Shown: one piece after another, positions 9,899 through 19,686 of the stretch
Layout: each line of letters opens with the position of its first letter
Numbering within the stretch: position 1 is the first letter of the stretch
Assembly: GCA_963665095.1 (NCBI GenBank)
Contig: OY762069.1
Coordinates: 4,544,001-4,608,000, forward strand
Reading direction: 5' to 3'
Source: an uncultured Desulfobacter sp.
Lineage (GTDB): Bacteria > Desulfobacterota > Desulfobacteria > Desulfobacterales > Desulfobacteraceae
Length of the DNA stretch: 64,000 nt
Made by a program: the position numbers and the translations under genes
The notes under the pieces: generated by a model
Database searches by the model: none
Told to the model about the DNA's origin: nothing
What the model saw: the letters and a program-made list of their open reading frames with translations, nothing else

Positions 9899-10402
9899 AT
9901 GAAAAGCAAAAAAAACATTGCCTTAATCGGCATGCCTGCCGTTGGCAAAAGCACCGTAGGTGTCCTTCTGGCAAAACAACTGGGATATGCATTTCTCGAT
10001 ACGGATATCCTGATCCAGACAAAAGAAAATTTGACCCTTGCCCAGATTATTAAACAAAAGGGGCTGGCGCACTTTCTGGATATTGAAAAACATCACCTGC
10101 TTTCCCTTGAAGGGGAATGTCAGATTATTGCCACAGGCGGATCCGTGATTTACCGGGAACAGGCCATGGCCCATCTTGCCTCAATGGCCACCATCATCTA
10201 TCTCTACGTTGAGCTGGGCATCCTTTTAACCCGGCTGTCGGATCTTGAGTCCCGGGGGGTGGCCATTGATCCTGGCCACAGCATTGACGAGCTTTACACA
10301 GAAAGAACCCCGCTTTATGATAAATATTGTGACATCAAAATTGACTGCGGACGGATGATTCCAGCCCAGGTGGCAGCCCAGGTGGCAAATGCAATCATTT
10401 AG
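9899..10402 (+). CDS. aroK: Shikimate kinase
   Basis: NIALIGMPAVGKSTVG P-loop, FLDTD, IATGGS, ERTPLY. Confidence 0.9.
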   Translation: MKSKKNIALIGMPAVGKSTVGVLLAKQLGYAFLDTDILIQTKENLTLAQIIKQKGLAHFLDIEKHHLLSLEGECQIIATGGSVIYREQAMAHLASMATIIYLYVELGILLTRLSDLESRGVAIDPGHSIDELYTERTPLYDKYCDIKIDCGRMIPAQVAAQVANAII

Positions 10403-10418
10403 CCGAACAGTGATTTTT

Positions 10419-11279
10419 TTAAATGGCCCGGGCCATGACAGGCAGGCTTTCTGCTGAATATAGCTTAAAAACATTTTCCACCAGGTCAGGCGCCTGGCCT
10501 TCGGACTTTTTGCGTGTCTCTTCATAGGAGAGATCAATGACATCTGAGTCTGCCACAAAAAAGAAATGGTGAAGGTTTTTTTCCATGGGAGCCCGGCTAT
10601 AGGCCTTTTCATACGCCTCTACCATGGTATTCAGGTCCAGGCGCAACGCCACGGCAGGATTCCCGTTTACATAGGAATAGGAGGACATCCAGCCAATTTT
10701 TTCAAACAACAGGATATCTTCATAAATGTTAAGATACTTGGGATGAACCGTGATCAGCAGATCATCTGCCTTCAGATGCCAGGCAGCATAATGCAGGATC
10801 AACCGGTTGCCCAGCATGGGAAGATTTTTATTTCCTTTTCTGAATGCCGGATTTGAAGCCAGACAGCCGGCCTCCACAACGCGACGCCCCTGATTTCTTA
10901 AAGTATCCACTTCCTTTTGAAAAGCTTCGTCCATGGGAAGCCCCAGTTCGTTGTCAGAAAACAGACTGATCGTATATAGAGGCATCTGCATGGCCTGATC
11001 ATCCCGGAGGCATCCCATAAACACTCTGGATTCCGGGTCTTTGTGGTGGGGAACAACTCTGATGGGGACGCTGGACGGGTTTGAAAAACCGGCTTCCACA
11101 TAGACGTCGTGGAGGAGTCTGAAGCACCGGATATAATCCTCAACCGTTACAGCCGGACGCAAAACAATCTCTTTAAGGTCTGTATGAAGTGCCGGCAACC
11201 CGGCGCGAACGGTTTTTTTTCTGAAGTCTGCCGGAAGGCAGTGCATTAATTTTCTTTTCAATCGTTCCGGTATCTGCAT
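10419..11279 (-). CDS. FeeM-like N-acyl amino acid synthase / GNAT-fold acyltransferase
   Basis: FRLLHDVYVEAGF, GLPMDEAF, VVEAGCLAS, LLITVHPK, PAVALRLDL resemble the FeeM-type family. Confidence 0.65.
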   Translation of the reverse strand: MQIPERLKRKLMHCLPADFRKKTVRAGLPALHTDLKEIVLRPAVTVEDYIRCFRLLHDVYVEAGFSNPSSVPIRVVPHHKDPESRVFMGCLRDDQAMQMPLYTISLFSDNELGLPMDEAFQKEVDTLRNQGRRVVEAGCLASNPAFRKGNKNLPMLGNRLILHYAAWHLKADDLLITVHPKYLNIYEDILLFEKIGWMSSYSYVNGNPAVALRLDLNTMVEAYEKAYSRAPMEKNLHHFFFVADSDVIDLSYEETRKKSEGQAPDLVENVFKLYSAESLPVMARAI

Positions 11280-11900
11280 AATCTCCTTTTTTATAACCGC
11301 TGTGCAATAAATCTCATTTTGTCAGGCCGGCCTTTGTCCCCGTTTCAGCCCGGGAACAGGCACCCCGTCTTCCAACAATTCAGATGAAAATACCAGATTT
11401 ATATCACCATTCTGTTATCAGACTATTTGGAAATAATCAAAGAATACTCTTGTTGATCCAAACCTTTTTTATAACTTCTGTGCCACGGTTATAATTTTAT
11501 TTGTTTCATAGTGAAATCTATCAACTTGTGTGCCAGGCCAAAAACTTTTTAACAGGGACTAAGGGCTCACCCTAAGAATCCTGTTGTTGAAGCATTTTTC
11601 CGAAATCCATGCAAATGGATTAACTTCCAAAGTTACAAAAATTGCATCCGGTTACATAAATTGCACTAAAAACCCCTTTGACATTGATAGAGATTCCGAT
11701 GCATCTGTCTGTGCCGGATATTTTTGACGACCCGGTTCTTTTAATGTATACTTTGTGTTAATTCATATTCAAACTGACTTCTCCTGAACCGTTTTTTTAA
11801 TCGCTGGAAATTCCTTGTGCACCTGTACAGATGCGACATCTTTACCCGTCTAAAACCTTTGCATCTTAATTAGTCCGTCATTGACACGAAAGGAGCAGAT

Positions 11901-12872
11901 ATGAACGATCAGGCGTCCCGGGTACTTCTTCAACGTGCCAGATTTTTCACCATTCTCAGGCGGTTCATGCGCGTGATGATTGTCCTGGTGATATGTTATT
12001 CCCTGGCGGCCATTGTCTATTCCACCCATGTGATTTACAAGGTCAAGCTCAATTACGCCGTTATTTTAGAGCAGTTTGGCGGAAAACGCAGTGTGGTGAC
12101 CGATGTGGGCTGGCATTACCGGCTGCCGTTTTTCACCCGCCTGGAAAAAGAGGTGCCTTTGATGAACCAGAACCTCAACCTCGGCGGATCACCCGACCCC
12201 ATAAAAATTATCTCCAAAGAGAACGTGGCCCTGTGGACCTCCGCGGTGATGACGTTTAAGATCAGGGACCTTAGGAGATGGGGGATTGAAAATCTTTTCC
12301 CTGAAATTCTGCTACAGGGCGATTTTGACGGTATTGCCAAAGATATCCTTCAGGGCAAGGAGGTCAACCGGCTTATCTCGGAGAGAGAAATCATCAAAGA
12401 AGAGATTTTTCAGGCCATGAAACACCGCCCCATCAATACCGATGGCCCTACTCTGGAGAAAAAGTACGGTATTGAAGTCGTTTCGTTTGTTCTCAATGAA
12501 ACCCGGTTTGGCGATAAACTGGTGGAGGCCACGGAGGAGAAGAAACGCCGCCAGCTCATTGCCGAGGCGGACAATTATGCTGCGGATCAGGAAGCGGACC
12601 GGATTCTGAAGCTTTACAGGGCATATCTTAACGGCATCCAATCCCTTCATCTGGCACTGGGGGGCCAAAAAGATCAGCCGGTGAGCCCCGATCTCCTGGA
12701 GTTTTTATCCCAGCAGAAATGGGCGACTGCCTATGAAAAAAGCCAGAATGACCAGAAGACATTCGTACTCCATGCCTCAGGGCAGATGCCTGGGTTGACC
12801 CTGCCGACTTCCCGGCCCCGGGTCATCACTGCTGGAGACCAAAAGCAGGATAAAAAAGCCGGACAGGAATAA
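11901..12872 (+). CDS. SPFH/band-7 (stomatin/prohibitin/HflK-C) domain membrane protein
   Basis: N-terminal TM, AVILEQFGG...GWHYRLPF, KYGIEVVSFVL and a coiled-coil tail (EEKKRRQLIAEAD); AAGGAG RBS. Confidence 0.8.
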   Translation: MNDQASRVLLQRARFFTILRRFMRVMIVLVICYSLAAIVYSTHVIYKVKLNYAVILEQFGGKRSVVTDVGWHYRLPFFTRLEKEVPLMNQNLNLGGSPDPIKIISKENVALWTSAVMTFKIRDLRRWGIENLFPEILLQGDFDGIAKDILQGKEVNRLISEREIIKEEIFQAMKHRPINTDGPTLEKKYGIEVVSFVLNETRFGDKLVEATEEKKRRQLIAEADNYAADQEADRILKLYRAYLNGIQSLHLALGGQKDQPVSPDLLEFLSQQKWATAYEKSQNDQKTFVLHASGQMPGLTLPTSRPRVITAGDQKQDKKAGQE

Positions 12873-12877
12873 TACCC

Positions 12878-15800
12878 ATGGCCAAACGCACTACAAAGCA
12901 GAAAACCTATATTACCCTGCCCGAGGGAACCATCAAAAAGATTGACTCCATGGTCTCCTTGTGGACTTACGACACCAAGGCCTTTGTCCGGTCCCGTCTC
13001 AATCAGTTCAGGCCTCCCAACCGGTTTTTCTCCTCTTTCAGATCATTCTTATATCTGATGGTCTTCATGCGTCGGGAAAAAAAGCGGATGAAAGTGCTCA
13101 ATGATCCGGCCATTCTGCGGGACTGGAAAAAGCGGTTCCTCTATTCAGGCGAGACCAACCCGGGTGCCTCCTGGAACAAGGTGATTGAAAAAGAGCTGAC
13201 CAAAGCGGAACTACACTACCTGATTGCCGTGCTGGACCGGGAACTGACCGATCTTCATGTGCCGGTGGAACTTGAAAAGATTTTTGATAAAATCTTTAAG
13301 GTCCATTTGCGAAAAGATCATATTGAAGATCCGGATGTCCCCAAGGCGCCGATCATGCTGGTGGAAGGAGCTTCGGGTTCCGGAAAAAGCGCCACTGTCA
13401 GGGAGGCCCTGGAAAAAGTGGTCTTTAAAAATGAAGTGGTTCCGGCTGTGGACTGGCGGCAGAAAAAGGAAAAGCTTCTGGCCAGATACAGCATTTTTAC
13501 CCCCCTTGAAGAGGTGGACCCGGAGTTTGCCCTGGAAGTTGCCAGGAAAAAACGGCTGGTATTCTACCGGCGGCTGGCAGGAATCCCGGTCCTGCGCCGA
13601 ATTTTTAGAAAAAGGATTATGGCCAGTCTTACCAGTTTTGAGGAGCAGGGTATTACTGTGGATTTTTCCGTAATCACCCCCAATGATTACCAGACGGCCC
13701 TGTCCGGAGAGCCGGGCAATTACTTTAAGCGGGCCATGGGTAACCCCAAAATGACATCCATCCGCCACGTTGAAGAGGCCCACTCCGCCTTTGGGAAATC
13801 CGACAACAGTCCCAGCGGCGGAATCGAAAAGCAGCAGCGCACCCTGATCGACACCACCAATATTGTGCTGGATGAAATCATTGACGGGCGGCGGGACTGC
13901 TTTCTCATTGCCACCACAGACCAGGCCCACCGGTTTGACTCGGCCATATACCGGCGCTTTGTGGAAAAAGGCTGCATCATTGACATTTCAAAATACTGGT
14001 CAAACAAAGAAAACCTTAAGCGCATCATTTTCCTTGAAATCCGGCGTCACCAGATCCCCACCGCCTATAGCCCTGATGCCGAGGCGCTTGACAGGGCTGC
14101 GGAAAAAATATTTGACGTTTTCAAAGAGAGAAGTCTGAAAATCAGCCCGGCCTATGTCAGAAAGCTGGTTGATTCCATCATCAACATACGAAGTGATTTT
14201 ACCCCTGAGCTCCTGGACAACACCATCCTGGTCCGCTCTGCCTTTGAGCTGGTGGCAAAAAACGTCTATGGAGAACTCTACTCCAAAGTGGTGGACCGCA
14301 TGGAACGAAACGTGGCCTGGGACGAATATGTGGGCGCCATTAAGGATAAATTTTCAGAAATGGCCAACAACTGCTTTAACTATGGGGTCAGCGAGGACAA
14401 GGGTGTGGTACTCACAGGGCCCCCGGGCTCGGGGAAAACATTTCTTGTGAGAACCTGGCTGGCTGCAAACACCAAGGTCCATGACATTGCCACAAGCCCG
14501 TCAGCCCTGCAGGACCCCTCCTCTCCGGTCCACGGGGCTGTGGCCAACCTGGAAAAGGTGTACGACATTGCCAAGATGATCGCACCCACGGTGATTTTCT
14601 TTGATGAGGGAGATGCCCTGGCTCCCCGGCGTTCTGCCACCGGTGGCCAGCCTTCGGATGCCCTGACCAATAAATTCCTGAACATCATTGACGGCGAAAT
14701 TCCGCTGAACAAGGTTTTCACCGTGCTCACCACCAACCGGCTGGATATCCTGGACCCGGCACTCATCCGGTCAAGGCGTCTGAAAACCCTTGAAATAACC
14801 GGTCACATGCGACAGAAGGATATTTTTGACATCATTAACAAGCTGCTGGATGCCCAGCCCCACCCAAGAAATTTTGAGGTGGAAAGGATCATTGAAACCG
14901 CCCAGCCCATCTGCAATACCCCGGCCGATTATACCTCCTTCACCCAGAAGGCCATTGCCCTTTGTTCCACAGAATTCAAGGTGGTGCAGAAACTGCGGGA
15001 TCTTGAAAAATCCACCCATACGGAAAAATTTGATTTTGTAAAACTCAACTTTAAAACCATCCTGGGTATTCTGGATGCAGTAAAAGCACCGCCCCTTCTT
15101 AAGTCCAATATTAAAAATGATCTGAAAAATTTTGTCTCCCACTATGACCGGATTCTTACCTGTGTGGCCCACGTCTTTGCTGAAAAAGAGTATCCCCTGA
15201 CCCTGACCCACCTGGAATCCGCCCGGCGGGAAATCTCCCAGAGCCCCATTCGGAAAGGGTCTGTCCAGGTTAATGAATTCCTGGAAACCGAACTGAGCCA
15301 GGAACCCCAGGTGGGATTTATCATTGGTGTGGGTGCCAATGATACGGCCGGCATGCTTCTGCCCATTGCCACCAGCCTCACCACCCGGATAGAAGGCCAG
15401 ACCATTATTGTCACCGGTGCCGTATCTTCATCCGCACCAGATGCGGCCCAACTGGACATGGCCGTCCAGATGACCCTGCAGTCGGCCCAGGAGGCCCTGA
15501 CCATGGTGAAAAACTATATCCAGGGACTGACTCCGGATATCAGTATTCCCTGGCTGCTTGGGGATTTTCTGCGCCGCCGCACCATACATCACCAGCTATT
15601 ATCCACCTCCTACAACGTAGGCGGTCCCTCTGCCGGTTATGCCCTGGCCCTGAACACCCTGTCGGCCCTTTTGCGCCTTCCTTTATGCATTGATTTCGGC
15701 ATCACGGGCGCCCCCTGGACCAAAGGTGTCACAAAAAGTGAAGTGGGGGGATCCGTGATCATTGGCGGCCACAGAAAAAAAACGGAAAAGGTGCTGCTCC

Positions 15801-16195
15801 ATCTGCGGCGCATGTTCATGCCCCTTCAGAATTACAAAGACCTGGAACCGGAATTCCTCATTGGCTACTGGCAGCGGCAAAAGGATATCATCGCTGTCAC
15901 CCATTTTGCAGATCTCATGCCTGAAATCCTCTACCTGGGCGATGAACACGAGAAGGACCTTGAGACCCTTGTGGAGATGCGGATAAAATCTAACGTTGCA
16001 GACTATTTTGCCGAAGAACAAAACCCGGATATCCAGAATGAAATATCCGTACTCAAGACAAAGATGCGGCAAAGAGCGGAAAATGAAATCCTTGGCCGGG
16101 TGCAGGCCATCTGCAGATACCTGCAGGACCCGGACCGGGAAAAATACATTTCCCATGAAAAAATTTTCAGAACCTATATGAGGCTCACGCTTTAA
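12878..16195 (+). CDS. Tandem AAA+ ATPase fused to a C-terminal Lon-type (S16) protease domain
   Basis: AAA1: GASGSGKS, HVEEAH, IATTD..FDSAIYRRF. AAA2: GPPGSGKT, IFFDEGD, TTNRLDILDPALIRSRR. Protease: IIVTG..QSAQEALT..IHHQ..GGPSAG..GITG..IGGHRKK. Confidence 0.85.
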   Translation: MAKRTTKQKTYITLPEGTIKKIDSMVSLWTYDTKAFVRSRLNQFRPPNRFFSSFRSFLYLMVFMRREKKRMKVLNDPAILRDWKKRFLYSGETNPGASWNKVIEKELTKAELHYLIAVLDRELTDLHVPVELEKIFDKIFKVHLRKDHIEDPDVPKAPIMLVEGASGSGKSATVREALEKVVFKNEVVPAVDWRQKKEKLLARYSIFTPLEEVDPEFALEVARKKRLVFYRRLAGIPVLRRIFRKRIMASLTSFEEQGITVDFSVITPNDYQTALSGEPGNYFKRAMGNPKMTSIRHVEEAHSAFGKSDNSPSGGIEKQQRTLIDTTNIVLDEIIDGRRDCFLIATTDQAHRFDSAIYRRFVEKGCIIDISKYWSNKENLKRIIFLEIRRHQIPTAYSPDAEALDRAAEKIFDVFKERSLKISPAYVRKLVDSIINIRSDFTPELLDNTILVRSAFELVAKNVYGELYSKVVDRMERNVAWDEYVGAIKDKFSEMANNCFNYGVSEDKGVVLTGPPGSGKTFLVRTWLAANTKVHDIATSPSALQDPSSPVHGAVANLEKVYDIAKMIAPTVIFFDEGDALAPRRSATGGQPSDALTNKFLNIIDGEIPLNKVFTVLTTNRLDILDPALIRSRRLKTLEITGHMRQKDIFDIINKLLDAQPHPRNFEVERIIETAQPICNTPADYTSFTQKAIALCSTEFKVVQKLRDLEKSTHTEKFDFVKLNFKTILGILDAVKAPPLLKSNIKNDLKNFVSHYDRILTCVAHVFAEKEYPLTLTHLESARREISQSPIRKGSVQVNEFLETELSQEPQVGFIIGVGANDTAGMLLPIATSLTTRIEGQTIIVTGAVSSSAPDAAQLDMAVQMTLQSAQEALTMVKNYIQGLTPDISIPWLLGDFLRRRTIHHQLLSTSYNVGGPSAGYALALNTLSALLRLPLCIDFGITGAPWTKGVTKSEVGGSVIIGGHRKKTEKVLLHLRRMFMPLQNYKDLEPEFLIGYWQRQKDIIAVTHFADLMPEILYLGDEHEKDLETLVEMRIKSNVADYFAEEQNPDIQNEISVLKTKMRQRAENEILGRVQAICRYLQDPDREKYISHEKIFRTYMRLTL

Positions 16196-17523
16196 CGATC
16201 CAGCACCACCTGGCTGCCGTTCAGGAACAATCTTTCCTGTCTGAGCTGCATATCAAGGGAAAACCGGTCCTGGCCGGCAATAAAGAGTCCAGTAGCCATT
16301 CCCGGGATCAGGGGTTCCGTCAGCCAGGTGTTTCCGGTGACAAGTTCAGCCGGGACCTTAAGCACAACATCCAGGGAAAAAGAGGAAAATATCTTTTCCG
16401 GGCGTAGGACAAACAGATAAATCAGGGAGGTGTTGATATCTTTTTCCAGGTTTACATCCAGACTTCCTGTGACCTTTCCCTGGGGCAGTTCAATGTCCAG
16501 CTGGGAAATCTCAAGCCCTGCACCTTTTTTAAGAAGCCCGTTGAGGGCAGATATCGCCCGGGACCTGTTCCGGGTCATCTCATCTTTTAAAACGGGCTGA
16601 AAGTCTGACAGGCTCCCCCCCTGGCGGTCGAGTCGCTGCCCGGCCCTGGCTAACATATCTGAATATAGGGCCAATATCCGTTCAACGCCCTGAATATCCA
16701 CCTGCTTCAGCTTCAGGCCTGCGGACCATGCCGACAATGGCCTGCGGTTCAGCGTCACCCCGTCTGCATGCAGGTCCAGGCGAAGGTTCATCTGTTTCTT
16801 GTTTTCCAGAGCAGTTGTGTCACATGCCCAGGAGACGTTCTGTAGGTCCAGGGAGGCCTGGCTGCTCTTGTCCATTTTGAGCCGTTCAAGAATAAAGGTG
16901 CTTTGCCCCTCCCAGACCAGACTGGTGAGCCTGTGCAGATCCAGTAAAAAGGAGACAGGACCCAGTTTAAATTCAGGGCTGTCAGAAGCCCCCTGCCAGT
17001 TTCCGTCCGCCTTGAGTGTAGCACCCCCTTTGTCTGATGAGATATCTGCATCCATGGCTCCCACCTGAAAATTTTTCCCCTGGTCTTGAAAGGAAAATCC
17101 ATCCAGGTGAATGTTGGATGCAATGGTGCCTGTGACGGAAACCCGTGTCCGGATGGCCAGAGGGTCTTTTCCGTTCAGACGGGTGTTCACCCAGTCTGTG
17201 TACCAGGGATTTTTTTCAAGACTTGTCCTGGATGTTATACTGAAAAGTCCGTGTGTGGCGCGGTCAACCAGGATAAGACGGGGCATATCTTTCCCTGGGA
17301 AACGGGTTTGGGCTTCAATCTGCCAGGTGACACAGGAGGAATAGAGCTGCCGGTCATAATCAACTATTTTGATCCTGTAATATAATCCGGGATGTCGTTT
17401 CCTCTGGCTCTGCTTTTCAACCGCGTTTTTTACCATGCGTTCCATGATAATACCGTTGGCAACAGGCAGGCCGGCGCCAATGACGCCAACTAGGCAGATA
17501 AGGACAATCATCCATCTTTTCAC
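16192..17523 (-). CDS. YdgA/DUF945 family protein
   Basis: N-terminal TM, YDRQLYSS, THGLFS, and C-terminal LFLNGS typical of DUF945. Confidence 0.7.
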   Translation of the reverse strand: MKRWMIVLICLVGVIGAGLPVANGIIMERMVKNAVEKQSQRKRHPGLYYRIKIVDYDRQLYSSCVTWQIEAQTRFPGKDMPRLILVDRATHGLFSITSRTSLEKNPWYTDWVNTRLNGKDPLAIRTRVSVTGTIASNIHLDGFSFQDQGKNFQVGAMDADISSDKGGATLKADGNWQGASDSPEFKLGPVSFLLDLHRLTSLVWEGQSTFILERLKMDKSSQASLDLQNVSWACDTTALENKKQMNLRLDLHADGVTLNRRPLSAWSAGLKLKQVDIQGVERILALYSDMLARAGQRLDRQGGSLSDFQPVLKDEMTRNRSRAISALNGLLKKGAGLEISQLDIELPQGKVTGSLDVNLEKDINTSLIYLFVLRPEKIFSSFSLDVVLKVPAELVTGNTWLTEPLIPGMATGLFIAGQDRFSLDMQLRQERLFLNGSQVVLDR

Positions 17524-19673
17524 AGACTTTCCTCCAGACAGTCCGTCAGCCGATCCTTGAGTCCGGACCGCCGCAGCGCAGTCCTGTTATTTTCAAAAGC
17601 AGTTTCAAACGCCCGGGTGGCGCCCACAATAATGACCAGATGGCGTCCCCGGGTCATGGCCGTGTACAGCAGGTTTCGCTGCAGCAATGGGAAATGGGCC
17701 GTGGTCAGGGCGATGATCACGGCATCATATTCCGACCCCTGAGATTTGTGAACCGATACCGCATAGGCCAGGGTCAGCTCATCCAGTTCAGGCAGGTCAT
17801 AGGGAACCGTGCGGCCCTCGTAGTCCACCAGTACAACCCCCTTGGCTTTGTCCGCTTCAACCACCCGGCCGATGTCCCCGTTAAACACCTCTTTTTCATA
17901 GTTGTTTTTCAGGTGCATCACTTTGTCGCCGGCTTTAAAGGTGTGGCCGTGGGTGTCAATACCTGAGGGTTCGTCGTTGAGGACAGCCTGCAGTCGCTGG
18001 TTCAGGTTGATGGTACCGGCCTCCCCCCGGTGCATGGGGGTGAGGACCTGGATCTCCTGCACATGGGGAAAGGCTTTGGGAATTCTTTTGGCGCACAGCT
18101 CACAGATGGTATCAGCCACTCTGGACGGCGCACCGGTCTCTATAAAATAGAACTGGGACAGTTTTTCCGGCAACGCGGTTTTTATATCCGGCATCTCTCC
18201 GTTACGGATACTGTGGGCATGCATGATAATGGGGCTTTTCCGGGCCTGGCGAAAAATCCGGGTTAAAGAGAAGACCGCCACCCGGCCGGACTCAATAATA
18301 TCCGAGAGAACATTGCCCGGCCCCACTGAGGGCAGCTGGAAGGTGTCACCGACCAGAATCAGACCGGCCCCTGCCGGCAGGGCCTCGGCCAGCCGGTACA
18401 TGAGCATGGTATCCACCATGGAGGCCTCATCCACCACCAGCAGATCCAGGTCCAGCGGGTTGGTAAAATCATGTTCAAAGGTCTCTGTCTCCTGGTTATA
18501 CCCCAGCAGCTTATGAAGGGTTTTGGCCTTTCGCCCGGTTACCTCAGCCAGGCGCCGTGCGGCCCGGCCTGTAGGCGCTGCCAGCATCACCTTGAGGCGC
18601 AGGATTCTGAATATGACACAAAGTGCCCGCACCAAAGTTGTTTTACCGGTACCGGGACCGCCTGTGATGATGGCCATTTTCTGTCCCAGTATCCGGGTCA
18701 CCACATCCAGCTGCTCTTCCGACAGGGTTACCGCCATGGCAGAGAGCACCTGCTCCTGGATCTGATCTGTATCCATCTGATAGTCGGGACAGGGCATGGA
18801 CAGCAGTGCGTTGACCCGATGGGCAATGCGGGATTCAGCCCGGTACATGGTCGCCAGATAGACCCGGTCCTTTTCCACCACCATCTCATTGTCTGCTTCA
18901 AGGCTGTCAAGCACACCTTCAAGCAGCGCCTGATCCACGCCGGCCTGCCGGGCACAGACCCGGATCAGATCACTTTTAAGTTCAAACACGTGGCCGTCCT
19001 GCTCCAGGTCTATCAGCCTGCAGATCATACAGGCGGCCAGGCGTGCAGTTTCGTCCTTCTCATAGCCCAGTCTTTGGGCCAGGTCATCCACGTCTGAAAA
19101 TCCAAGGCCGGGAATATCCCTGGGCATGCGAAAGGGGTCGGACTGAAGCACATCCAGGGCCCTGTCCCCATAGGTTTTAAGAATCACGGCCGCCTTTGAG
19201 GCGTCAATGCGGGTGTCCTGAAGCACCTCCATGACCCGACGCACCGAATGGTGGGCATTCCAGGCCTCCTCAATCATTTTCTGCTTATTTTTTCCAATGC
19301 CGTATACATCGGTGAGCCGGTCCGGCTCATTTTCTATGATCTCAAACGTCTCTTCCCCGAATGTATCCACAATCCTGTCCGCCAGCTCCTGGCTGATACC
19401 GGCAATCAGACCCGAGCTCAAGTACTTTCTGATGCCTGACAGGGTGGAGGGCAGGGTCACCTCAAAGGAAGAGGCCTTGAACTGATCCCCGTATTTAGGA
19501 TGGCTGGTCCAGGTACCTTTAAGTTTAAGCTGTTCGCCCTGGACCACACCGGGCAGGTGCCCCACCACAGTAATGGACTCAGCCACTCTGGGAATTTGGA
19601 GTCTGCCTACGGTATAATGGTTTTCAGGATTCTGGAATGTGATGCGTGACAGGGTGCCGCTGATGGTAATCAT
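17520..19673 (-). CDS. recD2: ATP-dependent RecD2-like SF1B DNA helicase
   Basis: HPKYGDQF, HhH region, TGGPGTGKTT, APTGRAA, VDEASM, GDTFQLPSVGPG, SVHKSQGSEY, YTAMTR. Confidence 0.95.
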   Translation of the reverse strand: MITISGTLSRITFQNPENHYTVGRLQIPRVAESITVVGHLPGVVQGEQLKLKGTWTSHPKYGDQFKASSFEVTLPSTLSGIRKYLSSGLIAGISQELADRIVDTFGEETFEIIENEPDRLTDVYGIGKNKQKMIEEAWNAHHSVRRVMEVLQDTRIDASKAAVILKTYGDRALDVLQSDPFRMPRDIPGLGFSDVDDLAQRLGYEKDETARLAACMICRLIDLEQDGHVFELKSDLIRVCARQAGVDQALLEGVLDSLEADNEMVVEKDRVYLATMYRAESRIAHRVNALLSMPCPDYQMDTDQIQEQVLSAMAVTLSEEQLDVVTRILGQKMAIITGGPGTGKTTLVRALCVIFRILRLKVMLAAPTGRAARRLAEVTGRKAKTLHKLLGYNQETETFEHDFTNPLDLDLLVVDEASMVDTMLMYRLAEALPAGAGLILVGDTFQLPSVGPGNVLSDIIESGRVAVFSLTRIFRQARKSPIIMHAHSIRNGEMPDIKTALPEKLSQFYFIETGAPSRVADTICELCAKRIPKAFPHVQEIQVLTPMHRGEAGTINLNQRLQAVLNDEPSGIDTHGHTFKAGDKVMHLKNNYEKEVFNGDIGRVVEADKAKGVVLVDYEGRTVPYDLPELDELTLAYAVSVHKSQGSEYDAVIIALTTAHFPLLQRNLLYTAMTRGRHLVIIVGATRAFETAFENNRTALRRSGLKDRLTDCLEESL

Positions 19674-19686
19674 AGTTACGGAGGTA

